Positions 1-39,380 of a DNA stretch of 64,000 nucleotides are shown piece by piece. The translations under genes and the position numbers were made by a program. How positions within the stretch are numbered: position 1 is the first letter of the stretch; every line of letters starts with the position of its first letter. The stretch covers positions 28,892,001 to 28,956,000 of the forward strand of contig CM022670.1 of the NCBI GenBank assembly GCA_012295275.1, in the 5' to 3' direction. The stretch comes from Chrysomallon squamiferum (Eukaryota; Animalia; Mollusca). The notes under the pieces were generated by a model. It ran no database searches. It was given only the letters and a program-made list of their open reading frames with translations, and was not told where the DNA came from.

Positions 1-178
1 ACTCTAGTTGTCTTATTTAAATTATTTTCCAATACTATGTATATATACTATCACGTATAGAAAAATAAATAATTAAATATTTAGAAAAGACGTTTTAAAG
101 ATTGATAGATTAATAATAATGGTTATAGGCATGCTTCTTCTTCTTGTTCTTCTTCTTCTTCTTCTTCATCTTCTTCTT

Positions 179-209
<31 letters not shown>

Positions 210-976
210 TTATTATTATTATTATTATTATTACCTTGTATTAGTTATTTTTCATAAACTTTTGTCCATCACTGCTATATTAGAATGTTCTTCATTATAT
301 TTTTAGCAGTAAATAATTCCGTTATATATCTTATAAAGTTTGTGTAAGAATTTGTCGTAAGTCTGCAGAATAGCGATGTAGTTAAACACGGTAATTTGGA
401 TGGGAATTAGTGAGCAACTTTATAATTTTAAATAAAAATGGTGAAACTCGTGCTTGGTATTACATGATCTTTATCTGTTACACGACTAGTCGCTTTAAAG
501 TATATCTATTTATTAATTTTAACTTTTATCTGAATAAGACAAAATTATATATACATTTGTGACCAGTTATTTCATATATTTTCTTTATTACATACTGGAA
601 AATTGTTTTTCACTTTAATATAAAATTTATATCACAACGGTTCTGATTTTGGTGCTAAAGACTGTTATAGACTGTTCTTGCTTTCTTACTAACGTCTGTA
701 GCAAACTAATTCTGACTTTGTAATCAAACTTGTATCAATCCACTTCGAATTATCTTCTGACTACAGCTAAAGGTGATGGCAAAACAGTTCTTTTATCACT
801 AAATGTTATGATAACTATTTCTTACTTTCTGCTTAAATTAGTGGCAAACTGTTTTTGATGTGGAGTTGTCATTTAACAGTGTGGCACACTAGTTTAGACT
901 TTGTAATAAGTTTTATAGATAATTAAAAAACATGGTATTAATTTACACATTTTGTTCATCTTTCTTTACAGACATC

Positions 977-1666
<690 letters not shown>

Positions 1667-1777
1667 AGCTGACAGTGAAAAAATTAGTTTTGTTCTGTTT
1701 AAGTAGTAATATAATAAACTTCTGTTGTTGTTATGATTTTTGTTTTTGTTTATTTATAACATACCCCAACCCGCAAC

Positions 1778-1830
<53 letters not shown>

Positions 1831-2113
1831 TAATAAGAAATAAATGAATAAATAAATAATAAAATAGAAATAAATTAAAAATTAAAAATAAATAAATAAA
1901 TAATGATGATGATATCGTGCTGTGATAAAATACCGGTATAGTGAAATTTATGGCAGCCCATTTGTTTGTACTCAGCAAATAGTTTATTTTAAATTATTTT
2001 TTTTCCGAAAGACACGCGCCAAACAGATTATTTTTATGTTACAGTTATAATCTATTATTATTGTTGTTGTTGTTTTTGTTATTGTTGTTGTTATTATTAT
2101 TATTATGATTATG

Positions 2114-2152
<39 letters not shown>

Positions 2153-2561
2153 TTCTTCTTCTTCTTCTTCTTTTTCTTCTTCTTATTTATTTATTTAATT
2201 AATTGTAAAATAAATGACATTAAATATTTGTTGTTATTACTATCGTTTCATTTAGTGACATTCTGAATTGCTTCGTTCGATTATCCCACATGAAAAAAAG
2301 GAACAAAATCAACAGCATCAAAAAACACTTCTATCCCCCTTCCAAAAAGAAAAGTACAAACAAACAAACAAACAAAAAATAAAAATAAATAAATAAATAA
2401 AAATGTGTAATGTCTTCATCTCTTTTACATTAAGGATCTTGAAGCAAATAATAAATAAGCGCATTAAATTATATGAACAGTTTCAGAACTAATATTTTAC
2501 CCTAACATGTTTATGAAAAACTTTTCCTTCGTTCAGTTATCCTTTCAACTGGTGACAAGAA

Positions 2562-2819
2562 TCAATCTCTGTCAAAGATAACCTCATCCTCCAAAATGTC
2601 GTCACTGTCAGGGAAATCCAAAGAAATATTTGAAATATTTAGTCCTGTTTGTTTCCTAGCTTTCATTTTGCGAAATATAACAGATGGTTTCCAGTTTTCA
2701 ATGGCTTTTTTTCTAGAAACCTTCTTACACAAGTTTTTAGCCAGACGTTGTTGAAGTGGTTTCGTAGCGAGAAGGAAAATGGCACAATTTGCTATTCCAA
2801 GAGCGTTGTCACCAAATCC
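2562..2819 (-). CDS. GPR157-like coding exon 4 (TM7, C-tail)
   Basis: ttattcag|GGA TTT GGT GAC; ends ...EVIFDRD TGA. Confidence 0.85.
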   Translation of the reverse strand, partial: GFGDNALGIANCAIFLLATKPLQQRLAKNLCKKVSRKKAIENWKPSVIFRKMKARKQTGLNISNISLDFPDSDDILEDEVIFDRD

Positions 2820-2982
2820 CTGAATAAACAAAACAATATATTCTTGTAATAAATAGTATTTAAACATGAAATAAACAAACAAATAAACAAATAAAACAAG
2901 GAGACAACTAACAACAACAATAATAATAATAAAAGACACACCCCCAAAAAAAAATGTTTTTAATAATAATAATATCAATAAC

Positions 2983-3028
<46 letters not shown>

Positions 3029-4285
3029 TCAGGACAATAATTCATTATAATAATTATAAAACTAAAAGGACAGCGACCACGACGATGATGATGATAATTC
3101 ACATAAAGAAGAAATTTAACCTTTATGATGAGTAACCAATCTGCCAGTCTGTTCGGAATTCTTGGTCCGTATTTAAACATCATTAGATACATCGTACCCC
3201 AGACGCGCAGAACGATGAACACTATGGGAAGGTAACGTAGCTGTTTGTTTGCTGTCGTGACAGCCAAGTCTTCAATCATGTATTCCTTGTCGATGTGACG
3301 CTGTCGCCTCTTGTTATGACTCTTCTAAAAATAATAAATAAATAAATAAATAAATAAAAACTAATTCAAACATACACAAAAACAACATTTAAACCTTTTT
3401 TCTTCTTTATCAAACGTGATTCATTTAATGCTCAGAATCTGATTTAAAACAACAAAAATATAATAAAAATAAAGAAAATTAAAGAAAAAAGAAAAAAAAG
3501 TCAAAGATAAACGTGATTTTATTAAATGTTTCGTTTCTCTATATTGTTAATATTTATGATTCCGTTTAACTGTTTCTCGTTCAAGCCTTTCTAACTGAAA
3601 CGCGAGAGGAACCCACTGTCGATGTGCAATTCGCTACTTTTTTGTATTAACATCAAGCAATCTTTTATACGCAGTTTTACATAGACATTATAGCACATAT
3701 CCAGTCAAAAAGCAGTGTTCCAAAGGTGTGATCTTTCGTTTATAGTCTTCCACTCTAGAAATTTACTTAAAATCTTCCATTCGTTTTTGAAAAAGGTTTA
3801 TCCACAGGGCATATTACTATCATACATTTATAAATTTAACAGACAAATTTACTGTTGTCTAAAAGAGTTTCAGAAATAATTACAGGAATAGGGTACTGTG
3901 CAAATGATTCTACCTGACAGCAAATGCTAATGGCAATAATCAGGTAAAGGATGCCTCCAAAGGCGTAGGTCAGCACAGCCCAGCCTTCCACGGTCACGTA
4001 GTACCATTCCATTTGATTTTCTACACGATCACTAATCCAGCAAGGTGTGGCATGACGTCGGTGCCTGACGTCGTCATCGTCGTAGCCAATCACATCAGAT
4101 CCTCCAGCGCAAAGTGTGACAATAGCTGAAACAAACATAAAAAGTTCTGATAAATAGAAAATTACAGTCATTACAATAATTAAAATTTTATCATAATAAT
4201 ATTATTTTTTTTGTGATTCTGAACTATTTAGAAGAGGAACCAAACCCCCCCCACAAAAAAATCCAAAAAAACAACACAACAAGAA

Positions 4286-4347
<62 letters not shown>

Positions 4348-5012
4348 CAACAACAACAACAACAACAACAATAATAATAAAACATTTGATCTTTATTCTT
4401 AAAATTCATTACATTTTGTACTAATTATTATTGAAGTTCTGTTACTTTTCAAAATAGAAAGATATTTTAGGTTTAAAATGTATCTATCTATCTATCTATA
4501 CACACACACACACACACACACACATACATACATACAATGATATAACAGCAATGAATAATGCTTACAATCACTGTGCTAGACTTACCCGGCATTCCCCAGC
4601 AAAACACGTGAAATAACCAGTTTAATCTGTTAGCTACGGTGATGAGCCTCAACGTCACACACATGAAGACGTAGAAAGCTATACAGTCTGTCCACAAGAA
4701 GCTGCTGACGCTACCGAAGATGGTGAACGACGCTGCCGTCTCGCAGAGAACACTTCTGTCTTCCAAGTACGAAACACTCTTCAAGTATGTAGCCACTTGC
4801 AGGATACTTCCAAAATTCCAGATGAAGTTTGCTACTGACAGATACGTAACCATTCTTCTGCCCTGGGTTCTGATGTCTTTGTACATCATGTACCAGCCAA
4901 TCACAGACAGGTTTCCTATCATCGACAGAAATGACGTCACGTTCACTATGGCAATATAAGCATAATCAACGGACGTCAGTGTAGTGTTTAGTGATATGTT
5001 TGCTAATGTCAT
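2562..5012 (-). CDS. GPR157: GPR157-like / cAMP-receptor-like 7TM GPCR (366 aa), exons 5012-4586, 4125-3914, 3324-3121, 2819-2562
   Basis: Four exons join in phase (1,0,0) with GT-AG sites, 1101 nt. Motifs typical of the GPR157/CAR family: SFLSMIGNLSVI, RRMVTYLSVAN, LCETAASFTIFGSVSSFLWTDCIAFY, FHVFCWGMP, PCWI, LRYLPIVFIVLRVWGT, GFGDNALGIANCAIF. N-terminal N-glycosylation sequons NIS, NTT. Confidence 0.85.
3121..3324 (-). CDS. GPR157-like coding exon 3 (ICL3, TM6)
   Basis: ttttag|AAG AGT CAT; KSHNKRRQ...LRYLPIVFIVLRVWG...LIIK|GTTAA. Confidence 0.8.
3590..3705 (-). mobile_element. SINE core relic in GPCR intron
   Basis: Reverse complement gatatgtgctataatgtctatgtaaaactgcgtataaaagattgcttgatg...gggttcctctc resembles the SINE core at 26170-26230 and 43095-43160. 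Confidence 0.5.
3914..4125 (-). CDS. GPR157-like coding exon 2 (ECL2, TM5)
   Basis: ttcag|CT ATT GTC; AIVTLCAGG...PCWI...ISICCQ|GTAG. Confidence 0.85.
4586..5012 (-). CDS. GPR157-like coding exon 1 (TM1-TM4)
   Basis: ATG at 5012; ends WGMP G|GTAAG. Confidence 0.85.
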
Positions 5013-5629
5013 TTTGGCAGTCACTTCCAGAATTTTCTAAAGTTTTGTCTTCTCGTTTGTTGGATGATAGTGATTTTCATTTTATGCCCTCCTGTGTAAT
5101 AGATAAATAATTCATAATTTTAATTGGATTGATTTTATGATGACAACGATGATGTTGGTGATAATGATATTAGATACTCAACACAGCTAACCAATACTAG
5201 TGGTAATTATTGTTTTTCGGTAAAAATCACTATCTGAAACTGAGCAATTACAAATTGAGTGTGAACAATGTTTTATTATGATACGAATGAAAGGATTAAA
5301 AGGGATCACATTTCTTTAAGCAGCATTATGTAAGTCGCCAAAGTCTGAAAAATAATAGTTTTTAATGCGTCAAAAAGTTTTAACTTGGTCTTTTTCACCT
5401 TAGAAAATTACAAGACTGGAAATGGACAAATTCTGTCCGAATTATCCTGATCATAATGTACTGTGAAATTAAAGCTTAACACTGATATGATCGGGTTGTC
5501 CAGATATATAATAATTATATTATTTATTAAACGCCGGAAACATCTGTAAACCCTAGCTTCTAAATAAACAAATGTATGTATGAATCAAATTAAACGAAAA
5601 CAACAACAACAACAATGATCATAATGATG

Positions 5630-5666
<37 letters not shown>

Positions 5667-6049
5667 CAACAACAACGATGATGATAATAATAATGATAAT
5701 GACAACAATGATAATAACAATAATAATTTTTTTAAACTGCAGCTATACATAATAAAATAATAGAAACAAACGAGAGAAAATAAATGCACTTAAGAGAAAG
5801 ATAAACGACATTAACAACAACAACAACAACAATAATAATAACAACAACAACAACAACAACAATAATAATAATAACAACAACAACAATAATAATAAAACAA
5901 ATTAAAACTATATAAATAAAGTATCAGAAACAACGAAAGAAAAGAAATGCACTTAAGAGAAAGGTAAAAGATAATAATAATAATAATAATAATGTCATCG
6001 AAACAAAATACAGAAGAAATTAGTCTAATTCATTATTGAATATATATTA

Positions 6050-6150
6050 CTGTATCAGTTCAGTGTCTTGCTATTATTATCTCGTGCTGAAAGAGATCAG
6101 TGATAAAACTAATCAGATAAATTCATGTGTGTCTTACATAAAAAATGTTT
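6050..6150 (+). repeat. ~100-bp dispersed repeat, copy B
   Basis: Direct-orientation match to 1294-1391. Confidence 0.9.
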
Positions 6151-6246
6151 AATACTTAACTCGCAAAGCAAGATTATAATCCCAGTTAATCTCGTTCACA
6201 AATAATTTACATACTGAGAATAATCTAATTTAAGTAATTAAAAAGG

Positions 6247-6282
<36 letters not shown>

Positions 6283-6797
6283 TGTGATTGCATATATAAT
6301 ACTAAAATTTGGGAAGATTATATAATATGAAACGAAACTTTATTTCACACTTACCCGAAGAATTCAACCGTAATTTCCTATTTTCCTTTTTTAATTTTTA
6401 CCATTATTAATTTTTTTCTTATATTTAATTATTTCTCGCAATATCACAAATTACATGCACCACATACATTTATTTACATACAATTTATATATATTTATTT
6501 TATTAAATTTCCAGATTTCTATTTCTTTCTCTGAATCTCCCTGTTCCATCTACAATTATATAAAAATTATGGAAACAACAGAAGCATAAGAAATACCGAA
6601 CATACCATTCATTACTATATTATTTATTTAATTATTTTATTATAAATTTTAAAGTATTATTAACATTATTTACATGTGTAATGCTAATAGTTACCTATTT
6701 TAGACCTAGGATTAATATATTTCATACCAGAGAGCTGATTCTGTTTTTCTTCATAACTTGTCAAAACTGTATCCGGATATACTGGCACGTTACTTAC

Positions 6798-6915
6798 GAG
6801 TCGCCATCATCGTCGTCCGTGTCAGCGTGGATAGTCACGACATACTTACACGTCATCAGTGACAACATCGTGCCCTTTGTTCACTCGTTCAGCTTCGTGT
6901 TCATTGTATCACTGA
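6798..6915 (-). promoter_or_regulatory. Candidate non-coding first exon / initiator of the GPR157-like gene
   Basis: GC-richer island with TCAGT Inr-like motif (6915-6911) and two GTAAGT donors (6849 and 6797); a matching acceptor tattacacag lies at 5093-5092 upstream of the ATG. Inference only. Confidence 0.3.
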
Positions 6916-7257
6916 TAACAGTTTTATCATTTCTCACAATACCGAGATAATGGTATGATATGTACATCTAGAAAAATGCATTTAGCTGGATATTTTCGCA
7001 TTTAGGTATTAATGTCCGTGCGTTATTGCGGTTATCTACGTCTTATTGGCTGCTTATTAGAATAAATGAATGTTTTGTTAATGGTATTTAAACTCATTTC
7101 AGTTTTCAGTGTTATTGTGTGGCAAAGATATGGACTTAAGTTAACATGTAATTAATACGGTGTTTTTCATCTTTTAAGTTAATGCAAATTTACATCACGC
7201 AAAAAAATAGTATATATATTTGATAGGATTAACACGCTGTTTTAACGGGTTTCGGTA

Positions 7258-7316
7258 TCGATTCGAGAGACAGGCTTTATACAAACATCGAATAAGAAAC
7301 TATGCTAGTAAATGGC

Positions 7317-7372
<56 letters not shown>
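7258..7372 (+). repeat. Short dispersed element with (GA)n tail, copy A
   Basis: cgattcgaga(ga)caggctttatacaaacatcgaataagaaactatgc..gtaaatggct + (GA)n; reverse complement present at 10195-10376. Confidence 0.85.
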
Positions 7373-7376
<4 letters not shown>

Positions 7377-8357
7377 GTATATATTTTATGCCATTGCTTT
7401 ATCATTATATCTTTTTTTTAAGATGAATATTTTAACTACCTCTATATGACAAGTAATAAAATCAAAACAACAACGAATTCTTGAAATATTTTTATTTTCG
7501 TTAAGTTGATATGTGTTAAGATAGCTGCAGTAAATGCATCTTCATGTAGGCCACTGATAATGAGCACCAGTTTTCCGAATACAGCGACCAGCGCCATTGT
7601 TTGTTGACACGATAGATATAATGTTACATGTAATACTGATGTTTACTCAACAGAAAGTTATTCAGAGGTAAACGATAAACAAGTTGTATGTTATAGATTA
7701 ATTAGCTACTGATAAACCGGACGTGTTTATTTTAAATATAAATTAACACACACACACGCAAACACTCATGCACGCAAGAGAATACATGTATAATTAATCA
7801 TCCTACATTCAGCAGTAAAGTGACACACAATACACGTGAACTGGACCAGGGAGTTCCCTCTGCCGATACAAGATATTGTGTGCACAACATGTCTGCTTCA
7901 ACATTTGTTATAATCAAGTCACATTTATACCACCGAAACATCTATTACTTGTCACAGACGTCTGACATTTTGTAGTTATCTTCACAGACACAGAACTGCA
8001 GTATGTCCTGTAATCACACTTATGCAAGACAGACAAGACAGACCTTGATTATCTGTGGGAAATAAATCTGGGAACCAGTAATTACCTGTCATTCAATAAA
8101 ACAAACTCTTCCCAGTTATCTCTAAGCAAGTGTTCTGTAGTGACATCACACAAAAATAACACCTATCCAATACACACAAGATGAAACGAGTTGGGAAAGG
8201 TTTAAAGATATCTCTATTGGAATAAATCGGTTTTCAGTCAGTTGTTTCAAGTTTTAAATAGACCTTCTCTTTGCTCGTTTCAAATGAGATTACGTTGTTT
8301 GCAATTAATTATTTAAAAAAAATATATTATATTATATTATATTATATTATATTATAT

Positions 8358-8392
<35 letters not shown>

Positions 8393-9975
8393 TGCTGATC
8401 TGCATTATAAAAATGAAATTGGTATACCAGTTTTAGTAATATGATAATCGTGTTTTTGTTTAACTTTCCACTGTATTAGAATAATAAAGAATTTTCTGCA
8501 CTATCAGTGTCTCTCTTTTTCAGATGAACCCTTAAATAATATTATTTTAATCGATGGTTTAATGGATTAAAGAATAATAATTTTATACTGATGTTATCTG
8601 GTAAAGAGAAATCTTTTTAACATAAACGACTTTTAGTTGTTTTTTTTGTAGTAGTTGTCTCTATATTATGAAAACAGCATGATGTTGTTGTTGTTGTGGT
8701 TTTGGTTTTTTTTTTTAACTGAAGTTATTTTTATACCTTGAAAACCAGTTTCCCTTTCCCTCTGATGTTTTATTTATTTATTTTTTTAAATTCACAACCT
8801 AATTATCACAACACGAATCCACCAGCTGGTCAATATTTTCTTCAATTAATCTCACTAGGATCAAATAAAAATTCACCTTCCAAAGGTGCTTCTGAAATCC
8901 TTATCACTGCTTTTAGAGCATCTCTGAATTCAAGGCATCCAAAACTGTACAGAAGAGATTTCGATTATTTCAACACAACAGATTAGACGTATAAATGGAC
9001 CAGTTAAAATAATCTTCAGCTGATATTTTTATATCGATTTAATAACATTTATGTCCTTTTAATGATATTAACGTATTCCCTGGCATCTAAGTAGAGTCAC
9101 ATTTTAAGTAAATAACACCTGACTAAACTCTGACACCAAAATGAAAACAAATAGATTATAAATTAAAACTATATTTAATCCCTGAAGTTAATCAGTTCGC
9201 TCTTTACTGCGTCTCTTCGTTATGTTAAACAATAGTAATTATATTTCACCAATGGTTGAATTTAGATGATATTCTCTATATTACAGAAATGTGAATACAA
9301 AATATAAGGCATATGCAGAAGCAGCATTTGTTTTCTTTTCACAGTAGTCATCCATGATTCTTGAATTCTGTTTATCTCACAGCTCATTCTAGCTTCAGTG
9401 TTGATACTCGAATTATCAACATCGTATGACTCAAAAATCAAGTTAAAAGTTTTGGTTTGTATGATCACAATACTGAACAGATAAACACTATTATTCGATA
9501 TAATTCTCCTTCATCTAAATGATTCTGTTCAGTGATCAGTCGATTCCATATTAGTTTATTTTCTAAAAGAAAAAGAAGAACAAACACAAACACCAACATT
9601 GACGATACCGAGTCTTATCTTTACGAAGACCTATTTTCATTTATCTGATTTATCTTCCATTATCTGATATTAAACAATCAGGCAGTGCTGGTTTCTGATC
9701 CAGAAAATCACAACGTTTTTATAGAATATACTTCATGGAATCAGGTATAATCAGCTTTGAGTCTAAACACTACATTTCACCTGTGGTAGGAGGATTCGTC
9801 TCATTCCAGAATTAGCGGTTTTCTTCTTAATATTTTACAGACACAGGTAGAATCAAGTTTTTGTCTAGAAAATAATTTATAATCTGTGGTATAAGGATTT
9901 GTATGATATAAGGATTAGCATGTTTACAGAAGATATTTCACCGAATCATCCAGCGGTCTTAAGGCTATTTGTCTA

Positions 9976-34319
<24,344 letters not shown>

Positions 34320-34529
34320 GTTCGTGACGCTACCACTGGGTTCATCTTTCACACGTGTCAACTTTCACACGTCTGTCAGCATCGTACAGCTCTGTAATTA
34401 GAAATAATAAATACATTAACTATACGATAAATGTAGATAGATATACATTCAGTGATTGTTTTTGGTTTTGGGTTGTTGTTTTGTTGTTTTTTTGTTTGTT
34501 TGTTTGTTTTTTTATTGTTTTGGTGTTTG

Positions 34530-34620
<91 letters not shown>

Positions 34621-37600
34621 CCTTGAATTAAATATGTATTTTTCTAGAGAATAACATTATTATTGCTGTTGTTGGTGGTGGTGGTGGTGCTGTTGTTGCT
34701 GCTGCTGTTGTTGTTCTTGTTATTATTATGTGTCAGAAAAAAAACGGATATTAACCATCTATCTTTCTGTCTCTGTCTCAGACTCACTGTCTCTCTTTAT
34801 CTGTATATACGTCTATCTGTGTACATAACTGATTCTTTTAATGAACATTATGACAAAATGCAGACTAATTATCACCGTTTTATTGGTATTTTATTAATAT
34901 TTCGAATACAAAACTAGTTAATAAAATGAAAAAAATAATAAAATATCAAATGAAATATAAAAACATAATCTCATTATGAAAAGAAACATTATCGTATATT
35001 AAAATATGTTACCACCAGAAAATATTTAAACGCGCGCGCGCGCGCGCACACGTACACGAACGCTCACACACATATATACAAACGCACACACGAGAATATC
35101 AGTGATACAGAAAAGAGATATAGTGACTCAGAAAATGGTAAAATAAAAATAAATGTTTTATAATAACAACTAAAACCATTACAATATCGGCGCTGGATAG
35201 ACGGCACCAATAATAAAGGCCTGTGTTTACAGATACGAACTGTGCTGACCTTGTGAAAGAGAAAAAGTAATGTCGATAATGCTTTATTATCGTAATGCAG
35301 AATACACAGCTGTTATTTTAAATTCCCTCCACAGATTATTAAGCTTGCAAAACACAGGTTATTAACAGAGGACAAGCGAAGGCTGTTAGCTTTGTTCTGT
35401 TACGTGATGATACGAAATTATTCTGTTTTGTTCTCAGAAGAAACCTAGTGATGCCTATATCGCTACTTTAATGTATATTTTACATAGTGGGATTGAAAGA
35501 AAAATTTAAAAACGAAAGACGCAAAAAAAATAATAATTTGGTTAATTACAGTGTTACTAATCGTATATAATTACAATTGTTGTGTCACATAAATATGTAT
35601 GTGTATAATTATTACTGTAAGAATTAATAACATGTAAGAAAAAAAGGGAAGAAAGAAAAGAGGAAGCAACAAAGAATAGACAGAACAAAAGAACAGAAAG
35701 AACAGATATTACTGTTGTTGTTGTTGTTCGTGATGGTGTAGGTTTTATTGTTAATATTTAGCCGATGTTGACAAAAATTATGTTACTACAATTTAAAAAA
35801 AAAAAATTAATGTTTTTTTTTTCATCTTTTCATAATAAATTTCCTTTCAGCGCGTTATTTTCTTTTAAAAATCACAGGCATCAAATTTCTAAGTTTAACT
35901 TTATTTGTGACTATAATGACCCTTGAAAGCTATGTTTAAAAATCGTCAGTTATTGAATAATTCAAATATTTTGTTGTTAGAATTTCACTGGCGCCAAAGA
36001 ATGAAAACAGATCTGTTGATTTTTATGCATGTCACATCGTGCAGAATTTTTCTCTTGTGAAGCATGTGTAAAAATGTTTCGTAAGAAATAATCAAGTAAT
36101 ACATTTGATTTTCTCATATAGTACACAGAATATGTCCCAAAATGTTTGTAGGTATGAACTAAAAAAACAATTATAAATTTTTTTTTTTAAATTGTTCTAC
36201 ATATATTATATATCAGTTGTTAGATATTTGACTACCATAATGCAGATCGAGTGTTTTACAGTGGTTGAAGCTTACACACAGAGGTTAGGACAATCCAGAA
36301 AGAAAGAAAAATAGAGCATTTATATGATAATATATCAAGAATATATCTCTGCAACAAAGAAAAAGTGGTTAGAATATCCAAGATTAACTGTTTTCTAATG
36401 TAATACATATCCATCCAAAACACATTTCATAGAATCTTTCAAAATTACACACACACACACACATAAAAATGTACTTACAATACTTTTTTTGAAAACCATA
36501 AATTATGCATTAAAGAGACATAATTATATATTTGTTTCCTAAGAAAGATATCCAAAACATTCAAATCCTAGAAAATATGGCCTTTGGTTTACAAAATAGT
36601 TTTAACAATACGGCGTAGAAACGGGTTAATTTAATTTCTGGAAAAATGTCTCTATCCTGATCATAAATACGACTAAATGTGGAGCAGACTGACAATCTAC
36701 CAACACAAAACTTTACTAATCCATACTCTACAGTTTTACTCTGGAATTAATAAACACTTAATCCACAATAGAGCATTTAGTGGAACATCAGATAGTCCAA
36801 AGTGCGCACAATGGTGAACTGATAACGTGACCATCGATGTGTCAGCGAACTCTAGTCGTGATTGGCGCTGTGCGTATGGAAGCTAGCAGATAACTGGCAG
36901 CCAGAGGAAGAGACAAGCGGTTGAAGTATCTGACATCAAGTCACACGCCATGCTGTCATTAGTAAAACAATACACATGACCTGCCCTAATCCAGAAGCAT
37001 GCTAAAACAGATTATTTCAGTCTTCAGCGCCAATATCCTGCTTCGAATTAATTTTCTCAGTAATCAAATATTTCTCACCACGGCAGAGAAAATGAAATTT
37101 TGTTCATCACAAACCCAAAAAATGTTGGATAGCCAACATAATACGAAACTTAGAAAGAAATATTCGAGCGATATGATGAAGCTCTGTTGTTAGAGAGATG
37201 GAAAAATACATGACATCATGCAGGATCAGACCTTGGTCTTGTCTGTGTTGGATGTTGTTCCAGTGCCCAAAGTTGGGTTTACTAAACGTCATGGTACGTG
37301 ATTTCCTGTCTGCATGGAGATACACACAAGACAAAAATATTCTGTTGTGCACCGACTAATGTTTCCTTTCTTATACGATAAATGGGGGGCGGGAAACAAC
37401 ATTGTCTGAAAGGTTAATGCCAAAAATGTTCGGAGATTATGATCAAAACATTCAGCAAATATTCACAAAAATAGTTAGAAATTTAGTTAATTTAATTACA
37501 CAATCAATAAAAGATGGCAGTTTCCAAATTTATCAGTCGATTATAATAATAATACATCGACATCAGAGAACTCTAAACGACATGTACAACAATCATAAAA

Positions 37601-38535
37601 ATATATCTTCAAAAAGGACAAAATGCCGGCCAGAATACAAAGGTTCAACAATGCTTATTAAATCGTCATATTTTATTACTGAAAGCAAATACTCTCTACA
37701 GAAAAAAAAATTATATTTCTTATCGTCATTCGTACTGTTGTTTAACCAAGTCTTGCTTACTGTTATTTAGAAAAGTGTACTGGTAGCTGAATTTACGTCA
37801 GTAATAAAATTAATGTGTTTTGTACGCCTACACTGGCAGTTATCAGCTGCCATTACTCATTCTTATCTTCTCTGCTTGGTAGATAATGAGTATGTAATTA
37901 ATAATTAAATAGTGTTCCGGTCTTATTATTATACAGTATATGATACATTTATCTTAATGGTTTCGCATTTTACACCTACATCCATATATTATCAAAAATA
38001 GATACATAAATACACATATGTAAAAACAAAAGAACTTACATAAACGAATACACATACATACATACATGCACACACATGCATACGTAATTACATAATAGAT
38101 ACATACATATACTCATAAAAATACACAAATATACATACAGGCGTATATAATATCGCAGATATATATACATAAAAGGCATACATAAACACATAAATGTACA
38201 TATACATATACATATATTCATATATTCATACATCCAAACATATACACAGAATATATGTGAATATAAACTTATATGAATGTAAAGATACATACACACATAT
38301 ATACAACTACTAAAAAAAAAATATTAAATGAAAAAGTCGAAACCAAGAACAATTCTACGGTTTTCTATTAAAACTATTTAGGACAAAGGATTGAAAATTA
38401 CATTCTGGAGATAATTTATTAAAACAACACATTAGCAGGGCTTGGCTTGGCTACCACTAACAACATATTTTCTTCGAGACCAATTTTAAACTGCAACAAA
38501 TAACATAAATTGAAAACAACAACAAAGGTACTTAC

Positions 38536-38675
38536 CGTACATGTCACCATCAATGTATCATCAATACGGCTAATCCTGTATTGATCCGGTGTATTCTGAG
38601 AATAGTATCCTGGGAATATTAAGTATATTTTCAATGTATAGCTCTTCCTCCTTTGTTCCTCGCTGATCTCCTTCA
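38536..38675 (-). other. Candidate 5' UTR exon of the RIM/Fife-like gene
   Basis: acacag acceptor near 38676 and strong ACG|GTAAGT donor at 38535; the start-codon exon has an acceptor so an upstream exon is required. Unverified. Confidence 0.3.
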
Positions 38676-38999
38676 CTGTGTGGTTTTAAATTTACAATAA
38701 AGTATTCTGCTATAGAAGTAGTGTATTAGTAACTACATATCGTCAAAGTAAAGTGAAAATTCTCGTAGGTATCACAGAACATCGTGATAACAGAAGAGTA
38801 CAAATGGACGTGTTTTGTAAAATACAGCACAAATCATTGGAAACGTTCAAAGCAGAAAAAGCTGAAAATGGCTATAAGCGTTTTTGAGAGAGAAAAAAAA
38901 GAAGAAATAGTTCAAAGTACTGTGCTAGAATGGTACAAATACTACAGGCCTTCTTTAAAAGACCGCAGTAATAATTTTTGTTGTTTTTAATGAGGAATT

Positions 39000-39380
39000 C
39001 TGAAAACGTTCTTCGTAAAAGATAATGAAAAAATACATTAAGTGTTTTCGCAAAATAATAATAAAAAGTTTTGGCGTTATAACAGAAATAACCCTAAGCG
39101 TTTTCGCAAAATAATATATAAACAATTTTTTAGAGTTTTCAACAATAGAACTTCTATTAGAAGATACTTGTATTATAATGGTTTGTGGGATTTTTGTTTT
39201 CTTCTTTTTACAAGATAATAATATTTTCTGAATAATAACAGAAATTAAAGGTTTTCACAAAATTAAAGAAGATGTTTCAAAGTGTCACTATGAAATCAAT
39301 AATAATAAAAAATTTGTCTTAAATTAAAAAACAAAATTCAGACGATTTTCACAAAATAATGGAAAATGTTTCAAGGTCTT
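39000..39380. repeat. Degenerate AT-rich tandem repeat
   Basis: Recurrent gttttc(g/a)caaaataat motif. Confidence 0.5.

Noticed and set aside
37193-37292. Possible plus-strand exon (RDGKIHDIMQDQTLV...)
   Set aside because: No partner exons and no recognisable homology
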